64,000 nt of DNA from the NCBI GenBank assembly GCA_964016885.1, contig OZ024741.1, forward strand, positions 387,934,001-387,998,000, read 5' to 3'. Origin of the DNA: Eledone cirrhosa. Taxonomy: Eukaryota. Position numbers and translations under genes: made by a program. Shown piece by piece: positions 52,933-64,000 of the stretch. Each line of letters opens with the position of its first letter. Positions within the stretch are counted from its first letter, which is position 1. The notes under the pieces are model-generated. The model saw only the letters and a program-made list of their open reading frames with translations, was not told the origin of the DNA and made no database searches.

Positions 52933-55466
52933 GAAACAGTCAGCAAGGTTAGAATTAACAATGAATATAGTGATGAATTTAGCGTAATAGTAGGGGTTCA
53001 CCAAGGCTCCGTCCTTAGCCCCCTCCTGTTTATTATTGTCCTACAGACTATAACAAAAGGGTTTAAAACTGGCTGCCCATGGGAACTTCTATATGCAGAT
53101 GATCTAACTCACATAGCTGTATCCATGGCTGAACTAGAGAAGAAGTTCCAAACATGGAAGCATGGGCTAGAATCAAAAGGCCTTAGAGTCAACTCGTCTA
53201 AGACTAAAGATCTAGTATGTAGAAAAGAGAATAGGGCACAGGTACCCTCTAGGAAATGGCCATGCTCAGTGTGTAAGAAAGGAGTAGGCAGAAACTCCAT
53301 TCTATGTCCCAAATGCAAACTATGGGTACATAAAAGATGTAGTGGGATCACAGGTAAGCTATCTAAGAATGTAGATTTTATATGTGGCCGATGCTCACGT
53401 GCAGTAAGTAGCAAGGACCCACTGGATGCTATCTCCTTCAACTGCCCAGATGGTTCTATAGAAATAGTAGACACTTTCCATTACCTGAGTGACAAAAGCA
53501 GCAGTGGAGGAGGGTGCTCTGAAAGTGTAGTAGCCAGAGTTAGAACAGAATGGAAGAAGTTCAGAGAGCTAATACCACTGTTGGCCATAAGGGGTTTTTT
53601 CTCTAAAGATGAAAGGCAGATTGTATGATGCATGTATGCGAACGGCGATATTACATGGTAATGAGACCTGGACGTTATGTGCTGAAGACCTGCGTAGATT
53701 AGAAAGAAATGCAGCTTGCATGTTCTGATGGATGTGTAATATTAATGTGCGTGAAAGGCGAAGCATAAATGAATTGAGAGAGGGACTAAACATAAGAGGT
53801 ATCAAATGTTGTGTTCTGGAGAGGAGACTGCGTTGGTATGGTCATGTGATACATATGAAGGGTGACAGCTGTATAAAAAAAGTGCAGGGCAATGAAAATT
53901 GATGAAAGCTACGGAGTGGGTAGACCAAGAAAAACCTGGGACAAGGTGATAAAAACTGACCTTGCTCACTTACACCTCTCTAAGAAAATGACACTGGGTT
54001 GAGATCTTTGGCGCCATGCAGTTGTACAGAAGACCCGACTACCATTGCATACAAACCAACAGTCAGTAGACACCTCTTAACCCAATGTACACTCCACACC
54101 ACACACCCTACCCCATCCTCCCTTTCCCGTTCCGTCCACTGTGTCGATCACACAACAGTCCATACTGTAAGGTGGTTGTGTAGGAGACATGGTAAAAAGG
54201 CTCCCAGTCCATACTGTAAGGTGGTTGTGTAGGAGACATGGTAAAAAGGCTCCCAGTCCATACTGTAAGGTGGTTGTGTAGGAGACATGGTAAAAAGGCT
54301 CCCAGTCCACACTGTAAGGTGGTTGTGTAGGAGACATGGTAAAAAGGCTCCCAGTCCACACTGTAAGGTGGTTGTGTAGGAGACATGGTAAAAAGGCTCC
54401 CAGTCCACACTGTAAGGTGGTTGTGTAGGAGACATGGTAAAAAGGCTCCCAGTCCACACTGTAAGGTGGTTGTGTAGGAGACATGGTAAAAAGGCTCCCA
54501 GTCCATACTGTAAGGTGGTTGTGTAGGAGACATGGTAAAAAGGCTCCCAGTCCACACTGTAAGGTGGTTGTGTAGGAGACATGGTAAAAAGGCTCCCAGT
54601 CCACACTGTAAAGTGGTTGTGTAGGAGACATGGTAAAAAGGCTCCCAGTCCACACTGTAAGGTGGTTGTGTAGGAGACATGGTAAAAAGGCTCCCAGTCC
54701 ACACTGTAAGGTGGTTGTGTAGGAGACATGGTAAAAAGGCTCCCAGTCCATACTGTAAGGTGGTTGTGTAGGAGACATGGTAAAAAGGCTCCCAGTCCAC
54801 ACTGTAAGGTGGTTGTGTAGGAGACATGGTAAAAAGGCTCCCAGTCCACACTGTAAAGTGGTTGTGTAGGAGACATGGTAAAAAGGCTCCCAGTCCACAC
54901 TGTAAAGTGGTTGTGTAGGAGACATGGTAAAAAGGCTCCCAGTCCACACTGTAAGGTGGTTGTGTAGGAGACATGGTAAAAAGGCTCCCAGTCCACACTG
55001 TAAAGTGGTTGTGTAGGAGACATGGTAAAAAGGCTCCCAGTCCACACTGTAAGGTGGTTGTGTAGGAGACATGGTAAAAAGGCTCCCAGTCCACACTGTA
55101 AAGTGGTTGTGTAGGAGACATGGTAAAAAGGCTCCCAGTCCACACTGTAAGGTGGTTGTGTAGGAGACATGGTAAAAAGGCTCCCAGTCCACACTGTAAG
55201 GTGGTTGTGTAGGAGACATGGTAAAAAGGCTCCCAGTCCACACTGTAAGGTGGTTGTGTAGGAGACATGGTAAAAAGGCTCCCAGTCCACACTGTAGATG
55301 TGGTTGGTGTTAGGAAGGGCATCCAGCTGTAAAAAACCTGCCAGAAACATTTCCGTGCGAGCAAGACACGGTCTTCCGACCATTCCCACATCACATGGAA
55401 CAAAACCGTCTAACCCATGCTAGCGTGGAAGATGGACGTTAAACAATAATGATGATGATGATGATG
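52933..55466 (+). mobile_element. 5'-truncated, frameshifted RTE-clade LINE (RT C-half, PHD-like finger, 3' UTR)
   Basis: GVHQGSVLSP and ELLYADDL motifs, ORF 53125-53628, RLRWYGHV, and a (GAT)n tail. Confidence 0.92.
54156..55296. repeat. 49-bp minisatellite, 23.3 copies, inside the LINE 3' UTR
   Basis: Unit CAGTCCA(C/T)ACTGTAA(G/A)GTGGTTGTGTAGGAGACATGGTAAAAAGGCTCC; (55283-54156)/49=23. Confidence 0.98.
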
Positions 55467-55508
55467 TATATATATATATATATTATATGTATATACATGT
55501 ATGTATGT

Positions 55509-55541
<33 letters not shown>

Positions 55542-55576
55542 CATACATGTATATATATATAATATATATATATATA

Positions 55577-57404
55577 CATCATCATCATTATTGTTTAACG
55601 TCCATCTTCCAGGGTTGCATGGGTTTGGACGGGAGGTTTCTCACTTGAGGCAAGATTGGTTGTCCTGCTCGTATAGGACTGTCTGGCGGGTTTTCTACGG
55701 CTGGATGCCCTTCCTAATACCAACCACGTTTACAGAGTGGACTGGGAGGTTTTTACCGTATTACCTACACGGCCACATTACAGCGTGGACTGTGTGTTTT
55801 TTTGTTGTGACACCTACACGACCTCATTTATTTAGGACTGGATGTTGTGGTACCAGCATAACTTCACATTTAAGGGGGTGGTGTGGATGGAGTGGGTGTA
55901 GTTGGACAGGGGTGTATTTTTGTTAGAGGTGCCTACTGACTGTAGGTTTCGCTTTGTACTTAGGCAAGGCGGGTCTTCTGTATTACTGTGTAGCGCCAAA
56001 TATCTCGGTCCAGTGACATTGTCTTGGAGAGGTGTAAGTGTGTGAGGTCGGTTTTTACAAGTCGTCCCAGGTTTTTCTGGGTCTGCCTACTCCGTGGCTA
56101 CCGTCTATTTTTATCGCCCTGCACTTTTTTATACAGCTGTCGTCTTTCATGCGCATCACGTGACCATACCAACGTAGTCTTCTCTCGAGTAAACAACATC
56201 TGATCCCTCTTATTCCTAATTTCTCCCTTAGTTCGTTTATGTTTTGCCGTTCACGTATATTACTATTACACATCCAGCGGAGCATGCAAGCTTCGTTCCT
56301 CTCCAGTCTGCGTATATCCTCTGCACACAATGCCCAGGTCTCACTGCCATGTAACATTGCTGTTCGTATGCAGGCATCATACAGCCTGCCTTTCATTTTT
56401 AGAGAGAACCCTTTAGCGGCCAATAGTGGTATAAGCTCTCTGAACTTTTTCCATGCCGTTCTGACTCTAGCTACTGTACTTTCAGAGCACCTTCCCCCAC
56501 TGCCGATTTTGTCACCCAGGTAACGGAAGGTGTCCACTATTTCTATAGGACCATCTGTGCAATGGAATGAGCTAGTATTCTGTGGGCACTTGCTGCTACT
56601 TATTGCACCAGAGCATCAGCCACATATAAAATCTATATTCTTAGTTAGCTTACCTGTGATCCCACTACATCTTTTATGCACCCATACTTTGCATTTGGGA
56701 CATGAAATGGAGTTTCTGCCTACTCCTTTCCTACACACTGAGCATGGCCATTTCCCAGATGGGACCGGTGCCCTATTTTCCTTCCTACAAACTAGAACTT
56801 TAGTCTTAGACAAGTTAACTTTAAGGCCTTTTGATTCTAGGCCATGCTTCCATGTTTGGAATTTCTTCTCTAGTTCAGCCATTGATTCAGCTATGAGTGT
56901 TAGATCATCTGCATATAGGAGTTCCCATGGGCAGCCGGTCAGGAACTCCTCTGTTATAGCCTGAAGGGCAATAATAAATAGTAGGGGGCTAAGAATGGAG
57001 CCCTGATGAACACCAACTTTTATGCTAAACTCTTCACTATATTCATTGTTAATTCTAACCTTGCTGACTGTTACTTTATACATGGCTTGTATAGCTCTCA
57101 CAAGCCATTTATCAACACCTAGTTTTCTAAGAGCCCACCAGATAATGGAGCGGGGGACTCTGTCAAAGGCTTTCTCCAAGTCAACAAAAGCTACGTATAG
57201 GGGTTTACTTTTAGCTAGGTACTTCTCCTGTAGTTGTCGTACAATGAAAAGAGCGTCTGTGGTACTTTTACCTGACACAAACTCGAACTGCATTTCATCT
57301 AGATCAATTCGTTCTCTGATTAGTTGCGCTATTACTTTTTCTGTGACCTTCATGACCTGGTCGATTAATTTAATGCCTCTATAGTTACCCCTATCTAGGG
57401 CGTC
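55577..57404 (-). mobile_element. 5'-truncated RTE-clade LINE, RT nearly intact (one in-frame TGA at 56616)
   Basis: NYRGIKL, FVDLEKAFDRV, GVHQGSILSP, LLYADD and GRPRKTW; ORFs 56616-57431 and 56055-56537 share a frame; (CAT)n tail. Confidence 0.95.
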
Positions 57405-57424
57405 TGTATATATATATATATATA

Positions 57425-57603
57425 TCATCATTTCATCATCATTTCATTTAACGTCCGCTTTTTCCCTGCTTGCAAGGGTGGGACGGGAACTGATTCTGGC
57501 TTGATTTCTACAGCTGGATGCCCTTCCTAACACCAACCTCATTTACAGTGAGTGCTGGGTGCTTTTTTGCCGTGACACCTCCACGACCACTTTGCAGTGG
57601 AAT
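57425..57603 (-). mobile_element. Truncated copy of the SINE/RTE 3' part
   Basis: Reverse complement of about 52657-52830. Confidence 0.85.
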
Positions 57604-57609
57604 ATATAT

Positions 57610-57636
<27 letters not shown>

Positions 57637-57640
<4 letters not shown>

Positions 57641-58009
57641 TGTTATACTTTGGGAGGGTCATGTTGCCAATAAAAAACACACGCACCAGTTGCTTTCACT
57701 TCAATTTATTATAATAAATTTATAAATTTAGGAATTTATAAATTTCCAGTTGGTTGGAAGATGGCGTAGGACAGAACAAAGAGAGGCACAAAAAACAAAG
57801 AAAAGAATCCCCAGTCACTGAAGAGGTCACAGAATGTGTGACGAAAGAACTTTGACAATATATAAACAACCATCTGGTTGTGGAACCAACCAACCAACCG
57901 GAAATTTATAAATTCCTAAATTTATAAATTTATTATAATAAATTGAAGTGAAAGCAACTGGTGCGTGTGTTTCTTATTGCAACATGACCCTCCCAAAGTA
58001 TAACAATAT
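57637..58009. repeat. Fold-back element 5 (about 120-bp arms, about 132-bp spacer)
   Basis: 57637-57757 vs 57890-58009 are inverted with few differences. Confidence 0.95.
57814..57856 (+). ncRNA. Minimal type-I hammerhead motif in the spacer of element 5
   Basis: GTCA CTGAAGA g GTCACA gaatg TGTGAC GAAA gaac TT TGAC. Confidence 0.65.
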
Positions 58010-58063
58010 CGGTTTCAACACACGTTTTCAGATAAAGAATCTTGCTAAACAAATTCAGAAACG

Positions 58064-58117
<54 letters not shown>

Positions 58118-58132
58118 ATGTATATATATATA

Positions 58133-58503
58133 TGATTTCTGAAAGGCTAAATGGATTTCTAAATATTTCAAATCTATCCCAGTCATTCATAGATTATTTC
58201 TCCTCTCCTACATGTATCTGCCTTTCTCAATTTCAAAATGTCCTGTTCACAACATTATTATTATTGTTGTTGTTGTCATTCGCTGTCGCCACAACTTAAA
58301 TACTTCGACCCTGCTTTTCGAAATACACCACATTGGTCATTATGCTTCTCTTCTAACCCATTACCTCCCGTTTTCTCTTTCTCTCATTCATTCCGGTGAT
58401 ACAAAGCCAGACAGATTTTTGATTTCTGAAAAGCTAAATGGATTTCTAAATATTTCCAACCTATCCCAGTCATCCATGGATTATTTCTCCTCTCCTACAG
58501 GTA
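58133..58503. repeat. About 80-bp dispersed direct duplication (58133-58213 / 58421-58501)
   Basis: GATTTCTGAAA(G/A)GCTAAATGGATTTCTAAATATTTC...TCCTCTCCTACA occurs twice. Confidence 0.85.
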
Positions 58504-58919
58504 TTTCCCTTCTCTTATTCATTCATTTCGATGTTTATAAAGCTAGGTGACCATCTTCGAAATCCTCGCATATTCATCTTGTCCAATATGCCTACTTGTA
58601 CCGGTTTATTTTTCCTAAATCTCCTATGATGATATACGCCATGATGGCTACCTATCTCACAATTTCCCTCCTGCTCGCCCCCACTCACCACCATAGGCTA
58701 TTCGACCGATCAAACCTCAACCCATTATCAGCCCCAACAAACACTACCATTACTACTACTACTACTGCACTTGTAGCCCTTACTAGCCCCAACAAACTCT
58801 GCCATTACTACTACTGTCCTTCTAGTGCTGCACTAAATAATTATTTTTACCGTTATCTATGGATGAGCTGAGGATAAATGGAAATATCCCAAATTAATAA
58901 ATGAATATGAATCCGTGAG

Positions 58920-61900
58920 TTACCAAGCACCCATGCAAAGCTTTAATTCAGAGAGAGGAAGCAGACCCTCGCAAAATTCACCCCTTCCCACGAGTGATGG
59001 CAAATGCCCAAAACTCTGAGTTGGAACCATCAATGTAAGCACAATGAAAGGAAGAGCAGGAGAAATTGAAGAGATGCTAGAGCGAAAGGAAATTGATGTA
59101 TGCTGTGTGCAAAAGACTAGGTGGAGAGGAGAGTCTGCTAGAGTCCTTGTAGGCAAAAATCAGTGCTACAAATTTTTCTGGGTGGGTAATGACAACAGGA
59201 TGGGTGGTGTAGGTATACTATTAGCTGACAAATGGGTAGATAAGGTAATCTCAGTGAACAGGGTGAACGCAAGAATCATTAAGCAAACTTAAGGATAGGT
59301 TTTATGAGTTCTTAATACACACCACTGCCCTAACAAACAACAGTGACTTCCTAATCATTGCAGGGGACTTTAACGGACATGTTGGGAAACACTGTGATGA
59401 CTTCTATAGAGTCCATGGAGGCTACGGGTTTGGCACAAGAAATGAATAAAGGCTTCAGGCTTCTAGAATTCTGCGACGCCAATGACATGTCAATATGTAA
59501 CATAAACTTCAAAAAACCTGACAACCATCTGATCAGCTATAGATCAGGTGAGCATTCTAGTCAGATAGATTTTATCCTCATCAGAGGACGAGATAGATGG
59601 ACGGTTGTAAACACAAAAGCCTTCTCTGGTGAGGAATGTACCTCCCAACATAACTTAGTTGTCAGCGACCTCATTGTCAGAACTAGACGAACCTGGAAAC
59701 AGAAGACAACTTGGAGAAGAAAGATCTGGAAGCTGAAAGACCCCTCAGCCAGTAACAGATTTAAAGATATCTTACTCGACACCTATGACAGTAAAGAACA
59801 GATGGAGACATTCAATGTAGAAGAGCATTGGGAGTTCCTAAAAAATAACTTACTAAAGGCGACGGACGAGATCTATGGTTGGAGCAAGACCACAGGGAGG
59901 AGGAGAGTGACTTGGTGGTGGAACAATAAGGTAGATGATGAAATTAAGACTAAGAGACAGGCATGGAAAGAATGGAAGAATGGGGGAAGTACGGTACATT
60001 ACATAGAGACCAGGAGGGAAGCTAGGCGACAAGTATACTTAGCTAGAAGGGAAGCAGAGGATAGAAAATTCAAGCATGTTTTGCAGCATAAGGACCAGAA
60101 ACAGGAGGTGTTCAGGATTGTGAGGCAGTGTGTCAGAGAAAATTGTGATGTCATTGGAGGGAAGTGTGTCCAGAATGATAAAGGTGAGCTTGCCCTCACA
60201 AGTGCTGAGAAGAAAGATGCGTGGAAGAGCTACTATGAAAGATTACTAAATGAGGAGAATGCATGGGAGAAAGAGACCCTACCCCAAGTGAACCCTATAG
60301 AGGGGTCAGCAGTACAAGTCAGCAGCAGTGTAGTAAGTAAGGCAATTAAAGATATGAAGACTGGGAAGGCAAGCGGTCCAACAGGTATAGCTGCCGAGAT
60401 GCTGAAAGCATCTGGGCCGGTAGTTCACACCATAACCACACGTATTGTTAACCAGGTAACACTAGAGGGTTTCATACCAAAGGATTGGTGCAGCAGCATC
60501 ATTGTCAACTGCTACAGGGTTAAAGGTGATGCACTAGATAGAGGAAACTATAGAGGTATAAAGCTGATGGACCAGGTTATGAAAGTAACAGAAAGAGTTA
60601 TAACACAGTTGATTAGGGACTGGGTGAAACTAGATGAGATGCAATTTGGGTTTGTGCCAGGAAAAGGCACCATTGATGTCCTCTTCCTTGTGAGGAAGTT
60701 AAAGAAAAATACCTAACTAAAAGTAAGCTGCTCTACCTGGCATTTGTTGATCTAGAAAAAGCCTTTGACAGAGTGCCTCGCGCTATAATCTGGTGGGCTC
60801 ATAGAAAACTAGGAGTAGATGAATGGCTTGTGAAAGCAGTACAAGCCATGTATAGGGGAGCAGTAGCAAAGTTAGGGTTAAAAATGACTATAGCGAGGAA
60901 TTTAGCATACAGGTCGGTGTCCACCAGGGTTCTTAGCCCTCTCTTGTTCATCATAGTCCTGCAGGCAATAACAGAGAAGTTTAAGACCGGATGCCCATGG
61001 GAACTCTTGTATGTGGATGATCTCACACTTATAGCTGAATCTCTGGTGGAACTAGAGAATAAATTCCAAACATGGAAGCAGGGACTAGAAAGAAAGGGTC
61101 TCAAAGTCAACCTGACAAAGACTAAGGTCCTCGTAAGTAGACGAGAAAACAGAACCCAGATCCCCTCAGGGAAATGGCCTTGTCAGTATGTAGGAAAGAT
61201 GTAGGTAGGAACTCCATCCTCTGCCCCAAATGCAAACAATGGGTACACAAGAGATGTAGTGGAATCTCAGGAAGCTTAGCTAAGAATGTAGGCTTTACAT
61301 ACAGCAGCTGCACCAGGACAGCAAGCAGCAAACAGCCACAGGAAACAAGTACCACCAAATTCTGGGAGGGCTCTGTAGAAACAGTAGACAGCTTCTGCTA
61401 CCTAGGTGACCGAATTAGCAGTGGAGGTGGGTGTTCAGAAAGTACAATAACTAGGGTAAGAACGGGATGGAAGAAGTTCAGGGAACTACTGCCACTGCTA
61501 GCTGCAAAAGGCTTCTCCCTCAAAATGAAAGGCAGACTGTAAGATGCAGTACAAGTCAGCAGCAGTGTAGTAAGTAAGGCAATCAAAGATATGAAGATGG
61601 GGAAGGCAACCGGTCCATTGGGTGTAGCTGCCGAGATGCTGAAGGCATCTGGGTCTGTAGGTCACACTATAACCACACGTATTGTTAACCAGGTAATACT
61701 AGAAGGTGTCATACCAAAAGATTGGTGCAGTTGCATCATTGTCAACTGCTACAAAGGTAAAGGTGATGCACTAGATAGAGGAAACTATAGAGGTATAAAG
61801 CTGATGGACCAGGTCATGAAAGTAACAGAAAGAGTTATAGCACAGTTGATTAGGGACCGGGTGAAACTAGATGAGATGCAATTTGGGTTTGTACCAAGAA

Positions 61901-63527
61901 GAGGCACCACTGATGCCCTCTTCCTTGTGAGGCAGTTACAGGAAAAGTACCTAGCTAAAAGTAAGCCACTCTACCTGGTATTCGTCGATCTCGAGAAAGC
62001 CTTTGACAGAGTTCCACGTGCTATAATCTGGTGGGCTCTTAGAAAACTAGGAGTAGGTGAATGGCTTGTGAAAGCTGTACAAGCCATGTATAGGGGAACA
62101 GTCAGCAAAGTTAGGATTAGCAATGAGTATAGCGAGGAATTTAGAGTACAGGTTGGTGTCCACCAGGGCTCTGTTCTTAGCCCTCTCTTGTTCATCATAG
62201 TCCTGCAGGCAATAACGGAGGAGTTTAAGACCGGATGCCCATGGGAACTCCTGTATGCAGATGACCTCGTACTTATAGCTGAATCTATGGTAGAACTAGA
62301 AAAGAAATTCCAAACTTGGAAGCAGGGACTAGAAAGAAAGGGTCTCAAAGTCAACATAACAAAGACTAAAGTCCTTGTAAGTAGACGAGAAAACAGAACC
62401 CAGATCCCCTCAGGGAAATGGCCTTGCTCAATATGTAGGAAAGGTGTAAGTAGGAACTCCATTCTCTGTCCCAAATGCAAACAATGGGTACACAAGAGAT
62501 GTAGCGGGATCTCAGGAAGCTTAATTAAGAATGTAGGATTCACATGCAGCAGCTGTGCTGGGACAGCAAGCAGCAAACAGCCACAGGAAACAAGTACCAC
62601 CAATCTCTGGGAGGGCTCTGTAGAAACAGTAGACAGCTTCTGCTACCTAGGTGACCGAATTAGCAGCGGAGGTTAAGTGTTCAGAAAGTACAATAACTAG
62701 GGTAAGAACGGGATGGAAGAAGTTCAGGGAACTACTGCCACTGCTAGCTGCAAAAGGCTTCTCCCTCAAAATGAAAGGCAGACTGTAAGATGCGTGTAAA
62801 TGAACAGCAATGTTACATGGTAGTGAGACCTGGGCGCTGTGTGTAGAAGACTTGCGTGGATTAGAAAGAAACGAAGCCTGCATGTTCCAATGGATGTGTA
62901 ACAGTAATATACGTGAACAGCAAAATATAAACGAATTGAGAGAGAGACTGAGCATAAGAGGAATCAAAAGCTGTGTGCAGGAGAGGCGGTTGAGTTGGTA
63001 TGGACATGTGATGCGTATGAAGGATGAAAGCTGCATAAAAAAGTGCAGAGCACCTAGAAGTCGATGGAAGCCATGCAGTGGGGAGACCCAAGAAGACCTG
63101 GGATGAGGTCATAAAAGCAGACCTTACCCAATTACACCTTTCAAAGGCGATGACACACGACCGTGACCTCTGGCGTCATGCAGTAATACAGAAGACCCGA
63201 CTTTCCATGGGTACAAGCCGAAGCTGAAGCATATAGACTATATGCCCCCACACCCTCCCACTTCAAAGTGGTCGTGGAGGTGCCACGGCAAAAAAGCACC
63301 CAGCCCACACTGTAAAGTGGTCATGTAGGCGCCATGGAAAAAAAGCACCCAGCACTCACTGTAAATGAGGTTGGTGTTAGAAAGGGCACCCAGCTGTAGA
63401 AATCAAACCAAAATCAGTTTCCATATGAGCAAGACAAGGTCAGCCGACTGGGCACTGCCCATAACAAGACAACTCGTCTAACCCATGCTAGCATGGAAGA
63501 ATGGATGTAAAACGGTGATGAAGCTGA
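58920..63527 (+). mobile_element. Near full-length degenerate RTE-clade LINE (APE endonuclease + RT) with a tandemly duplicated RT region
   Basis: APE motifs VGTINV, VCCVQKTRW, GVGILL, GDFNGHVG, SQIDFIL and SQHNLV; WWWN; RT motifs occur twice; multiple stops and frameshifts; 3' tail matches the other copies. The 5' boundary is approximate. Confidence 0.93.
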
Positions 63528-63691
63528 TATATATATATATATGCGTGTGTATATTGCTTCTTGCATTTAAATATTCCACGACTCTCTATCACTTTTCCTC
63601 TACTACAATCTTCTTACACCACCTTCTTCTTCACACCCATCTATTTTTCACTCCCACCCTAGTACCTTCAATATGCCCATTTCTCATTCTT

Positions 63692-63727
63692 TCTTCTGAT
63701 GAAGAACTAGCGTCCGACATGTTAAGA
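63692..63727 (+). ncRNA. Degenerate minimal hammerhead / Penelope-like terminal remnant
   Basis: TCTT CTGATGA agaactagcgtcc GACA tg TT AAGA. Stem I is TCTT/AAGA and GAAA is changed to GACA; it lies in a pyrimidine-rich segment at about 63550-63815. Confidence 0.55.
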
Positions 63728-64000
63728 CCCTCTTCCTGCTATTTCAAGCATTAACCTAATATATTCCTTCCATATACTGTACTGATTGTGTTGTTATTTC
63801 TGTTTACCTTATAGATACATATATATATACATATATCACAGGGAGGAAGAGAGGTGGTTCGAGTCAGATCCAGGGAACAGGGTCCAAGGATAGGAAGAGG
63901 AAACAGCTGGACCATTTTAGGACCCTTCTAGGAGAGTCGCTCTCCACAGCCCAGAACACTGGAGAGATCAGGCAGCTGTTTGAAGAACTGGATATTGAGA

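Noticed and set aside
54156-55296. CRISPR-like array, or ORFs 54077-55403
   Set aside because: The units are head-to-tail with no unique spacers and no cas genes; the ORFs are repeat artefacts.
51549-58299. Short YIYIYI-rich ORFs and ORFs antisense to the LINEs
   Set aside because: They are translations of (TA)n tracts, SINEs or the opposite strand of RT.
61591-62676. Functional RT gene, retron or group II intron
   Set aside because: It is a fragment of a decayed APE-RT LINE with flanking frameshifts and stops.

Overview
This is eukaryotic, repeat-only DNA with no supportable host protein-coding gene; the SINE/LINE style suggests an octopod cephalopod (inference). Bases 1-49268 are one uninterrupted satellite of about 2050 copies of a 24-bp monomer (ACACTGGAGGTGGTAGCAGTATTA), with nested higher-order duplications and four poly-G expansions. 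The giant ORFs over it arise because the monomer is stop-free in 4 of 6 frames. Bases 49269-64000 are (TA)n-rich and hold three degenerate RTE-clade LINE copies with a PHD-like finger inside the RT, tRNA-derived SINEs, and a 49-bp minisatellite expanded from a LINE 3' UTR. The most striking signal is a cluster of short non-coding fold-back palindromes, most of which carry type-I hammerhead ribozyme (HHR) motifs of Penelope-like element (PLE) or retrozyme style. One is a loop-less 329-bp palindrome with a complete hammerhead on each strand.
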